DNA of 64,000 nucleotides, from positions 47,306,001-47,370,000 of the forward strand of contig NW_026262679.1 in assembly GCF_021869535.1 (NCBI RefSeq), in the 5' to 3' direction. Below the pieces are notes generated by a model. It did no database searches and had not been told where the DNA came from. It saw only the letters and a list, made by a program, of their open reading frames with translations. This stretch comes from Mytilus californianus. Taxonomy: Eukaryota. The translations under genes and the position numbers were made by a program. This document shows positions 47,101 to 58,800 of this stretch, in pieces. Each line of letters opens with the position of its first letter. Position 1 is the first letter of the stretch.

Positions 47101-47144
47101 CCACCAGAGTGGCCAGAAAGAGCGAACAGAACTTCATGTAACAT
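29145..47144 (-). CDS. TUBGCP4: Gamma-tubulin complex component 4, 15 exons, 653 aa
   Basis: Exons 47144-47070, 43060-42925, 42438-42278, 41129-41073, 40682-40603, 40068-39879, 39343-39169, 38268-38144, 37815-37659, 37285-37184, 36379-36250, 35661-35484, 34495-34361, 29820-29704, 29288-29145; total 1962 nt, phases consistent. Peptides MLHEVLFALSG, KIIKDFYLLGRGELF, WPLHILFTPSVLEKYNRVF and LAQLLLRLDFNRYF match GCP4. Confidence 0.97.
29521..29561 (+). ncRNA. Minimal type I hammerhead ribozyme
   Basis: AGTC-CTGATGA-C-GCCGAT-CTA-ATCGGC-GAAAC-AT-GTC-GACT. Stem I AGTC/GACT, stem II 6 bp, palindromic stem III ACATGT, predicted cleavage after C29557. Confidence 0.85.
31702..31772 (-). ncRNA. SECIS element (form 2)
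   Basis: Minus strand: ATGAT-GGTATGATACT-AAA-CCCC-TAAC-GGG-A-AGGATTGTGCC-TGAT. Helix II has 10 of 11 pairs (including G-U) and is flanked by a CATATATG/CATATG helix I. Confidence 0.8.
31822..33740 (-). pseudogene. Disrupted PLE reverse transcriptase ORF
   Basis: In-frame TGA at 33266-33264, an apparent 1-bp deletion near 33190, and TGA at 32118-32116. The frame resumes YHKLVKTF... to TAA at 31824-31822. Confidence 0.85.
34934..35285. mobile_element. TTAA-flanked MITE (Kolobok-like), 352 bp
   Basis: TTAA|GGATGTTCGCT ... AGCGAACTTCC|TTAA; TIR match 10 of 11. Confidence 0.75.
41236..41867. mobile_element. Tc1/mariner-type non-autonomous element, 632 bp
   Basis: TA|CAGTCAGGAGTACTACTTGTA ... 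TACAAGTAGTACTCCTGACTG|TA, with internal ACTTATACAAGT repeats. Confidence 0.85.
44838..45854. mobile_element. Foldback/MITE-like element with arrays of subterminal AACTCGCCCCACT motifs in inverted orientation
   Basis: Left CATGACAAATCGCCCC; right end reverse complement CAGGACAAATCGCCCC. A SINE-like fragment is nested near 45170-45375. No TSD recognised. Confidence 0.7.
46341..46505. repeat. Nested long hairpin (41-bp arms plus 14-bp inner stem)
   Basis: GGAATAACAGTACTGTAGTTGAAGAGTTGCCACCGTCAATT versus its inverse ending at 46505 (1 mismatch); inner stem TGACGGTCGCAAAT/ATTTGCGACCGTCA. Confidence 0.9.
46868..46986. mobile_element. 119-bp MITE with perfect 48-bp TIRs and 7-bp TSD (P-superfamily-like)
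   Basis: GTGTAGA|CACAGGAATCGGAAATTC...GAATTTCCGATTCCTGTG|GTGTAGA. Confidence 0.85.
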
Positions 47145-47611
47145 TTTTGTGTTTGGCGGTAGTGAACCTAGTTGTCTCCACTTGAATTTTTGCTCACACA
47201 GTTCCGTTTCAAAAGTTATTAAATAGTTCCTTACAATTTACGAAGAGATACGCAAGGATCTCAATATGATGGTATATTAAAGTACATTTTTGCTCGTAAC
47301 TAGCAAGCCAGTAGTTGTGGGATCATAGTTTTATACTTTTCAATGGTGTTTTGAACTTAAAGTACAATAATTACGGTAAAGCTAAGTACCGAAAACTTAG
47401 TAAATAATGTAAGCTTATACTCAAAACGGCCCAAAGAAAAGGCAACTGTGTGTAGTCAAGGATTTGTATAGTGTATACAAATCCTTGCTGTAGTTAACCA
47501 TTCTTCAGATCTCATAAAATCCACATTGAATATACGAATCAAGATATAAGAAAAAAAAATCATTGAAGCTGAATACACAAAGCGTTTGACTGTCTTCGTC
47601 ACGGTCCTACT

Positions 47612-47686
47612 AAAAAGCGCCCGGAAAAAGAAAAAGCGCCCGGGGAAAAGAAAAAGCGCCCGGGGAAGAAAAAAAAAGCTCCCGGG
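47612..47686. repeat. Four 19-20-bp-spaced AAAAAGCGCCCGG motifs
   Basis: Copies at 47612, 47631 and 47651; degenerate copy at 47673. Confidence 0.9.
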
Positions 47687-47874
47687 AGAATAAAATAATA
47701 ATATTATATAACAATAAATGTTTTCCTGAATAAAAAAAAAAAAATCATTGCTTGTTTTGTCCTTAATATAAATTTTCTATTATTACGTCAAAATTTTACG
47801 GGAACCTTTTGTGATGTCCAGTAATGCCTTATGGCGGACTAATAGCGATAAGGTGTATTTAGATCTATGACCAT

Positions 47875-49640
47875 ATTATATATCTATCGCTACACTCTAC
47901 ACATATATCACCACACTCTATACATATATAACCACACTCTGCATATCTTTCTACACACTATAATACGTATATATCTATCACCACACTATATATCTATCAG
48001 TACACTGTTATGAGTTGTATGGTTCGCTACTGACCTCCTATGGGTTAGTAGTAATGCTGCAGGTCAAATCCCTTATCATGTTTTTAATTCACCCTCTATG
48101 GTGGGGGTCAGTGGTGAACCGTTTAACAAATTTAGTGCAAACGTGATTTTTTCAGCAGCTTTTTGTAAAAAAATAAACAATGAAATACAATAAAATCAAT
48201 AGATTACGTCACCATTAACAGTAGACGTGACATCATGAACCCACTATTAAATTTACTTACCCCCTATGAATACTTGTGATGGCCTTAAACCAATCACAAC
48301 ATAAAAATTTACCCAAAGTGCAAGAAATACTTATCACCCCTATGTATATATCTAACACCAAACTCTCAATATATATATATCACCACACTCTATATATCTA
48401 TCTACATATATAAATCTTACACCACACTCTATATACATATATCTTTTACCACAATCTATTTACATATATTTCAGTGCACTATACATTTATCACCACTATC
48501 TATACATCTATCACCATTCTTTATACATATATAACCTATATATATTAAAATTCTCATTATATATTTATTACTTCACTCTAAACATATATTATAACACTCT
48601 ATATATATGTCACCACACACTATATATGTATCACCACTATCTATATATCAATCACCATACTCTATTCACATATCACCATTTTGTATACACCTATCACCAG
48701 ACTCTATATATGTATCACCACTATTCATATATCTATCACCACATACTATATATCTATTACCACACTCTATATATATATCACCACACTCTATATATATATC
48801 ACCACATTCTATAAATCTATCACCATACTCTATATATCTATCACCTCACTTTATTTATCTATCAGTACACTCTATATATCTATCATTACACTCTATATCT
48901 ATCACCACACTCTTTATATCTATCACCACACTCTTTATATCTATCACCACACTCTATATATCTATCACCACAATCTATATATATATATCACCACACTCAT
49001 TATATATCTATCACCATACTCTATATGTCTATCACCTCACTCTATATATCTATCACCATACTCTATATATCTATCACACTACTCTATATATCTATCACTA
49101 TACTCTATATATCTATCACCACACTCTTTATATCTATCACCACACTCTTTATATCTATCACCACACACTATATATCTATCACCACAATCTATATACATAT
49201 ATCACCACACTCATTATATATCTATCACCATACTTTATATATCTATCACCTCACTCCATATATATATCACCACACTCTGTATATCTATTACCACACTATA
49301 TATCTATCACTACACTCTATGTCTATCTCCACACTTTATATATCTATCACCACTCTATATATCTATCACCATACTCTATATATGTATCACCACACTCTAT
49401 ATATTTATCACCTCACACTATATATCTATCATCACACTCTATATATCTATCACCATACTCTATATATCTATCACCACAATCTATATATCTATCACCACAC
49501 TCTATATATATCTATCATTACACTCTATATATCTATCACTACACTCTATATATCTATCATCACATTCATTACAATATCAACACACTGTGTATATGTATAA
49601 CCACACTCAATTATATATCTATACCCACACTTTATCTTTC
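47875..49640. repeat. ~21-bp minisatellite (ATCTATCACCACACTCTATAT), core ~48600-49570
   Basis: Dozens of variant units; the plus strand is almost free of G. Confidence 0.95.
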
Positions 49641-49814
49641 ACATCAATATATATATATATTTCACTGAAGTTACAATGGAGGATTGCTAAAACTCCAATA
49701 ATGGTACTTTGACATTATTAAATATACAAGAAACCATAAATTATAATCATTTTGCAGTTGTGGATTATGTTTGAAAAAAATATATATATATATATATTAT
49801 TTTTCAGTATCGGA

Positions 49815-52800
49815 ATGTCCAAGAATAAATGGTCAAAAATAGATAGTTTGGTACGTATGTTTATGTTGAGTAATGAAATTTAAATACCAAATGTATACGT
49901 ATAAAAAAGAAAATATGGTTTGATTGCCGATAAGACAACTCTCCACTAGAGACCAAAATGACACAAAAATTAGCAGCTATAGGTCAATACAGAGTATAGT
50001 TCATAATTATTTTAAAGGATCCCTTCCTTATGACACACTTTTGATATTTATAGTAACTTATAAGGTAGATAAGCATCAAAAGTTAGTCTAGTTACCTAAT
50101 GACAGCAGTATTTTGTAACTGTAAACCAGCGATTGCTTTCATTACATTTCATTCTTTTTAATTTATTGAAACATTATTGTATATAATTCCCAAACTTGTT
50201 ATTATACACATTGATGTTAAAAACTATGGTTCTTTATATTTTATACTTTTATTTCGATTCAAATAGTCCATGTTCAATGAAATATACAGTAATAATTTAA
50301 GTAATGGAAGATTGCAAGTATCAGCTACACGTGTACACATTCATAGATTAATGGTTTTGAAATTGTGGTTTTATTAATCATGTTACTGTTTTAAACAAAC
50401 TAGAAATATATTTTAATTTTACTTCTGAATTTAATGCCCTTTTAAAAAATGTTTTGAAATATTTTTAAAGGTGCAGACTTGGGTGGAAGATGAAGATCCA
50501 AATTTGTTGGTGGTTTATCTTCCAAAGAGTAGGAATAGTAGGCAGCAGGTGATATGTAAAGGTAAATGAGCTATTTATAAATATGGAAAGATGAAGTTAT
50601 ATTCCTTTTTTACTGGATTTTCAATAGAAAAATCAGTTTTTTTGTTTTTGGATGTACGGCAGGAGGGAAGGCTGGCCAGTGGCTGCCAATCAGTTTTCAT
50701 TCATTAACATGAAAAAGCATTTCAGAAATCTTTTCAAATTTACATCTGTTGTTTCGTGTGAGTGAATGAAGGTCAAGTTCAATTTTCACAATTTTAGGTG
50801 TTCTTGTTTTTCAGTTTTACACCTTTCGGTAGCAAATTTATTTTTATTACATATATATGAATTTGAGTTATTTCCCTTTGAACAGAAACCAATTATGAAT
50901 ATTTCTTTGTCATTTGGTCTCATGTAAAAAAAAAAATCAATTTTAGTCCTGTCTTAAAATTGGTCCTCATTTAGGTCCAAAGGGTCAAAAATACAACTTT
51001 TCTTTAATTTAAAAAGAATTGGTGTTCTTTAATATGCTGAATGTAAGTGGTATTTAAATTTTTTATTGTAATTTGAAAATAGATATAACATTATATATTA
51101 TTCCACTGTTTATACATATTGATAGTTTAATCAATATTTGATTGGTTGAGACTATCCCACGTGTCATTGAACAAATCTTCATATTCCCTTCTCAGGATCA
51201 TATTCACCTCTGAAATGTTGGGATTACATAGTACGACGTTAAGCACGGTTAATGTACATAACGTTTTGAACTTCTTATTCTTCTTAAAATAGTGATAGCA
51301 AAAATCAATGTCATGTTCAAGTTTATTTCAGACGATAAGACACGAAGACTAATAATGAACTTTTGATCCGTACTGTTTATCAATTTGTATGTCATGTTAA
51401 GTTTAACTTATAAAAATAGGATAAGAAAAAAAAATTAGGCAAAATAATAATTAATGTATTGATAGTAAACAAAGCATAAACAGTGGAATAAAACATTCAT
51501 TTCCCTTTGCCTCGGAAGAGATGAAGATTTGTTCACCCTTGAAAAATCATATTTCCCTTGGGCAGAGCCCTCGTGAAACATGAATATTCTTGGTTGAACA
51601 AATCATATCTCCCTCAGGCATGGGAAATAAATGTTTATAATTTTAGAGAACTATTTTTTAGTGGTTAAATCATAATTAATTTTATAGAACTATTTTTGCT
51701 GTTTATATCACTGGTTCATGGAAATATCTTTGAGTTGTTTCCTTTTCAACAGAAATGGTAAAATTAATATTTATATGGCTTTTATAATTTAATGATGATT
51801 GTCTCTGTTCAATTTATTTTAATCATTACTTTAGTTGTAAAAATGTTCTTATAGCTATTCCTTTTAAGTCATTTGTGTTATGAATGTAGATGTTACACTT
51901 GTTACATAGTATTTTATTTTTGTTGTTTGTGTTATTTTATATTTTTTACTTGATCCTTTTTGGTGGGTCAATAGGTTTTCTTACACTTGTGTAAAGGGCT
52001 TTTGTGGTAATGTTTTTTCAAAGGAGAAGGGGCAATTTTTTTTTCAAAGATGCCGGGGCAATAAGGGTCTTATTTGGGTGAAATAAAAGTGTAAATTGAA
52101 AGGTTTGCATACATATTCAAAAATTTGTCATAACTACACTAAGTTACAAGGTGTTCATAAAATATAGATCTTACATTGAACAAGCTACAATAGGAACTTC
52201 CCATGACAAAATGGGTGTGTGTCTGTCAGTGCTGATGACAGTTAGCACAGAAAAGTGTCCATTAAGTACAAAATGTATCAGAAACAATTTATAACAACAA
52301 CAAAAAAATGTGTACAGATACGTCAGATAGCAAAACCTGAAATAAAATGATATTTTGATCTGGCCTATTATTTAAATGTGTTCAATTGATATAAAGAAAA
52401 ATTGTGTTTTGAAACATTTCTTTTGGCAGTCTGTAATTGTAATATATGTTTTAAATAGCTACAGTGTAACCATAATGGTTGCTCTCAAAACAACATTTAA
52501 TATGAGCATTTTCTTTTTGAAAAATTTAAATTGAATGGTATTAATGGAAACAAAAGTTTTAAACAATGAATTTAACAGGAAATATATTGAAAATATTCCA
52601 GGATCTCTGAGGTTGATGGATGTCATAACCCCGGACTTTATTGACAAATTCACAGAAACAGCGTACAGAAAGGCACCATATGTGCCAACAATAAGAGAAG
52701 GTATACACCATCTAGTATTAGATTTATTTTGATAGATAAGAACTTTTTAAAAAAGAAATAGAAAATAAGGGCAAATGTCATTTCCTAATGTGCATTGTTA

Positions 52801-55800
52801 ACAAACTTGAAAGAATCAATTACACAGTTGGGTTTTATTTTGTCATTACACTTGTTGATATAGTAATAAACAAAGTACTGAAGTACTGAACATGAGATGA
52901 CCACAAGTTCTGGTGGATGGTTACAGGCACTTGTCTGAGAGAAAAAAATCATACCTCTATACCTGAAAATTCGGTTCAGGTACATAGATATGTTTTTATT
53001 TTTCTGACATGAGTTCATGTGTGGATGATGAATAAATGACAGTGAATTCAACCTCACGGTAATAATTATTATATTGTAGTGATATAATTTTTTGTTATCA
53101 GTAGAATCTGGTTTGTTGCTAAACATCATAAAAATATTTGAATCAGATTTATATATATATTTAGCAGAACGATTCGTCTGCATGCCTTAACATGAATTTT
53201 CGATATTCATGATTTGTTACTGATTAATATATTTCTCATGACAAAACATTTTCATATCAATAATCTATGTTCTTAAAAAATATTTTTAAAAATATTTATT
53301 GATGAAATTATTTTTAACTAGGCATGAAATGTTATTTTGCAGTCGATAATGCCCTGGTATTCATATGATTTACACAAAGTGATTGGTGCTTAAAAACCCA
53401 AGGGCTGTGTGCAGATATTCTGCACCTGAATACCATGGAATATCCTCTAGTGTAACAGTTCATAGACAAAAAATTTAAAACTTGCCATAATTTCGAGAGA
53501 CATAGATGTCAGTATATGGTTTATTTCATATTATAATTGTATATTAAATACTTACAGATCCCTAAGGCTTATAAGTCTTTTGCAATTGATTAAAATGTTA
53601 AGTATTCTGTTTTCTTAATGATGTCTTCTTTTATATTTCGATAAGTCTTACCAGCTATCACCAAAGATGTTGTTCAGACAAACACCACTGTCAAAAGACA
53701 TCTTTTATCGGATATCACTCAAAAATACAGTAAGTATATTAGTATGGGCATATGAAATTTATTATAAATGCATTCACTTTATGGTTTTAATCTGATATGA
53801 TCCAAAACAATTTTTAGAAAGTACAAAGCATTTCATTGATTGATGTACAGTATATAAAATAAAGTTCTATTAATAATGAAGCTTATAATGGGTTGATTTT
53901 AAAAGATTGCATGTTTTTTTCTAAATGAGTCCATCCCTCTTTTAAAAGTGAAGTTATAACTTAAGATATTACATGTAGTTCCTGAAGTATAGTGTTTTCC
54001 TATCTGACAAAAACAAGTAAGATATTTTGTCCATATATTGTGTGACTATGCATCCTGGTCATAAATTTGTCTGAAATCCAGTGGATTTTACCACATTTTG
54101 CCAAATTTTCTTTATTTTGAACTATTTTGGATGTAAAAATCAACGCTTATGAATTAAACTTTTACAAAAATAGTTCTATTTAACTTTTTCACATGTCTAT
54201 AAGTCATCTTAAAATATTTTTTATCTTGTAACATTGAACTTTATAAAAGGGGCCAAATATGGTCCTTAGCATTTTTTGAACTGTAACATTTGTCATATTT
54301 CTCATTCATAAAAAGAAGACTAGCTCCACGTGATTGATACAGCTTTCATAGTTACTTTATCTTTGATTTCTACAATTGCAAAAAATAAATCAATAAATTC
54401 CAACATTATTTTGAAAAGATTGTTCACCTATATATATACTCTTTAATAACAATAATGAGAGAATTCAGATTGTAATTTTATGCAGAGATGTAATCAAAAT
54501 GTAATCATGAGGAGGTCAATGAAACTATCATGAAACAAACATGATTGGTGGTTATTTTAAACATGTAATTGAAAACATTAAATTTACTGTTAATCATAAA
54601 TTTCTGATTACTCATTACAATTAATAACAAGACCTTTGCCACAATGTCATGTAATAATTACTTTTAAAGTACTATTGTTATTGTGTATAACCCATTTTTT
54701 TTTTTAAGTGACCAAGAAGAAGAAAATCAGTAGAGGATATTGGGGGAATGATTTAATGAAGCCAGAATTTTGGCCTGAAGATGTTCCATTTAAAAGTCCA
54801 TCTACAAATAAAGGTAACTTGTTTTAATCCATAAGTTTTTCTGCATAGTTATTTAGTAGTTTTACTGTTTCAATTACATAGAAAGCACTGAAAATTTTAA
54901 AAATGAATACGAACTTTGTAAGCTGAAAATGTTTATACAGTGAACAAGAAAAAAGCCATAGATGTAATGTTTATGTACTTACATTTCAGTCGTTAAATTT
55001 AAAAAAAAAATGTTGAGTGACTTCTACAATTTTTAGATTAGATTCCTGGTATCTGCTTTGATCTTACAAGGTGTTTTACTTACAGGGAATTGGACTTTTT
55101 AATTTGAAATAAAACGGTTCAAAAGGTTTTTGTGTGTACTTTAAACCATAATTTTTTTGTCATGTTGATAACATAATCACTTATATGTCTGTGCATGTTA
55201 TGGAAAAATTGACATGTATATTAGTTTCCATGATAATCACAATATGACAGTGTTCACTGTGGGCTGTTCATGATATTTGAGTTCACCAATATAGTTCAGT
55301 AAAATAATACATTTATTTGACTGTTTTTGAAAGTAATAGCGTAATTGCATCCTCAATACAAACCACTGTGTTTGACATTTCTCTTGGCAATAGTTGTTGC
55401 ATTGTGAATAATAAAAATTATATTTCTTTACCTAATATATCAGTGTATATCATTGAAGGATACAATTATAAGCTAAGTTTTTATTGCAATAAGACATATT
55501 TCAAAAAATCCATGAACTATAATTTTATAATCTATAATTATGTTCAAACAGCTACTGGACAATGCAGTTTATGTGGAGAGGAGATGAATAAGGTTCTGCT
55601 ACATTATGTGTCATGGAAGAATGCTTTGGTAAATTTTCAACATTTATTCTAATAACACATTTTCAATACATACTTCAATGTTATTGGAATAAGGTGTGAG
55701 TTTTGATTTATATATAGATGTTGTATTATAACTTGAAATCATATTATTTATTTTTTAAACTCCTTCTTGTAAGGGATCATATTTTGGGAAGACATGTATG

Positions 55801-58800
55801 AAACCTTATTGTTTTTTGAATTATTGTATTTTTTAAAAGACACCCATACAGTCTTAAAAAGTTACTAGGTGGCTATTATGCTTTTATGCTATTAAGTGGA
55901 AAATTCTGGAAGGGAAACAATCTAAGAAAATAAATATATAACAGTGTTATCTAAATATATCAACAGCAATAATTTAACAACAAATTTTGAAATAAATAGT
56001 GTTTGATAAAATGAGGAAAAGAAATGCATTTTCTAATTATTTAAAAGATATAACTGATATGTGACTTATCTATTAAATGGCTGTATTACTTTACTTCCAG
56101 CAACCATCCAATGACAACAGTCCTTCAACAAATGACAATGTACAGGTAACAAATTTGATGTATTAAATCTAAATCAAAATAATTTAATTTTGGATGTCTT
56201 CTGATTGGCTGACAGTGTTTTGTTTATCAGCTCATAGACATAATTTTGTCATGTGACCGTGACGTCAACACTGTTTTTTCTTGATTTACTGCGGCTTAGA
56301 ATTAAATAATAAGGAATGCATGACTGTAATATTTTTTCTGTCTATTTGAAATAACATCAAAAATGTGGTTCACACTTTCAAATAACCCATTACACCGGTT
56401 ATTCAGTGTGCACCAAATTTTTTATGTTATTTTGAGTAGACAGAAAAAATATTATAGTCATTCATTAACTGATATTTAACATGTATGGTCCTTTTATACG
56501 TTATATGTTGAAATGCATTTTCCAATTATTTAAAATATATTACTGATATGTGACTTATCTATTAAATGGCTATATTACTTTACTTCCAGCAACCATCCAA
56601 TGACAACAGTCCTTCAACAAATGACAATGTACAGGTAACAAATTTGATGTATTAAATCTAAATCAAACAAATATTTTACATATGGTCCTTTTATATGGTA
56701 AATGGTGGAATACCAGAATTATACTGATTTACAAAAAAGGTTCTGCTGATCATTTAATATGTATACATCTACATGGGCGTATTGCATTTCCGCTAATTTT
56801 TCAAAGTTCCAATACTACGTTTCTGGAAACTTAAAGTATACGTATCCAGAAATTGTATTTATTACTTTTCCGGAAATTTACCTGGTAGTAAATTATTAAT
56901 ACTTGAATATATGTTAGATAAATTATTTATTTCATATTTTTATGCAAAAAAGGTTCTGATCTTATATCTACAATATACTAGATATGAAAAAAATGAAAGT
57001 TTCACCTTAGTGAAAGATGATGATGTTGGAATTGTTATATTTTTATGTTTCACCAACTTGAAATGTCTATGATCGTATATGCAATGAAATAACTAATATT
57101 TTCATAGATGGCACAGTTAATTATTCAATACATGGGTGTAAAATGGTAACTACATTCCTCTTGTGTTTGCGCTACTTCCACTTTTATCAAAATGTGGGAT
57201 CTGCTTATTGATGTGTGCACTTCCCGAAGATTAACTCTCCAGTCCGAGGTAGATCATATTGACTTTGAATATGCAATGCATACTGCTGTTACAAAAATTT
57301 CATGCTGCTACAATCAGTTGTTGCAGGTTTCATTTAGGACAAAGTTCAAGGTACTCCTTTAACTGGCCACCCGCTGATTGATTCTTCGACACAAACGAAG
57401 TTTGTGTAGATAAGATTGAAACAACAGCAGGGGTCCAGATAAGGTACTCCTTACTTATTTCCTCGAAAAAGTAATAATTTATTTATTCCGGAATCGTTAC
57501 TATTTTCTTGGAAAAGTGAGGTATTTATTTCCGGAAACGTAGACTTTTTTGGCGGAAATGTCATCTTTTTTTCCCGGAAAAGTCATGCCAATTTGAGGAA
57601 ACGTAAAACGCCGATCTACATAATTGAAAGTGCCAAACTTATTTATTACATCTTTGTATTGGATAGTATTACTTTTATATACTGTATTCTTGTTGGGTTG
57701 ATTTAGTGACTGCTTACTTTATGGTGTGTACTTTCCTACCATTTAGGACCATGTTACTTTCAAGATTTTTGTTTCTTGTCACAATTGATTTCCATGCAGG
57801 ACTTTATTATATACCAAACATTTAATTTGAAGTGTATTTACTTGAGAAAAGAACTGTTTTCCCAACAAGTCCACTGTTTTCAAATTTCATTCCCATGATC
57901 TTAAGTGATACAGGTCAGCTGTCATTATTTAGATCTGTGTTAAAATTTGTGTTATTGAAGAAATGTTTACTTTTTTGGTTGACATGGCCCAAGACCAGTG
58001 TAAACTATTGTTATCCTATGTTGTCTGTCCATAAAATTTTATACTTTTACAATTATGTATTAACTCTTTACTGTAACACTTTCAGCAACAGGACCATGCC
58101 AATGAAAGTTTATGTGACTTTTTGATAGATGGTAATATAGAGGTAAATATACTTTTACTACAAACCTGACCACAAACAAATTAAGCATGGCAGAGGATAT
58201 ACACAATATGTTGACATATATACAGTCCACGGCTGGATGTGTGATGAGTATATAGTGTGTGATGATGTGTAAATAAGTGTAATTGATTCAGACCATATGA
58301 GTATTTTGACAATATAAATTTCATCTGTTCTTCTGGAAATATACCTGTATGCGCATTATATAAATGCTCTTTTCAGTATTAAGACCATACATATATTTCA
58401 AAACAGTATATGATATCAGATTTCTAACAGTCATGTAATTATAAAGTTTAAACACATTAAATTGAAACATGTATTTAAATGTGTTTCATATGGGAACACA
58501 ACATTCTGGATTGATCATTCATTTAACTGTTATTATTTGATTATATAAAGAAGATTTGTTGGCTTGTACACTTATTAATTATCTTTGGGCAAAATAAATG
58601 ACCACTTCAGAAGGATAACACACTATGGTAGATACCTATAAATGTTTTAACAATATATACATTTTAGGTGTTACAGTGTGAGGTGGACCAAGGACCAACC
58701 ATGTACACAGCAGTACCTGTATCAAGTAAATCATTAATAGCTAAATTTTACACTTTTAATAAAGCGATCATTTATAAAATTGTATTAACACTTTCCACAT

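Noticed and set aside
48607-49712. Long His/Tyr/Ile/Ser/Thr-rich ORFs in three frames
   Set aside because: They arise because the G-free minisatellite strand cannot form most stop codons; no splice or domain support.
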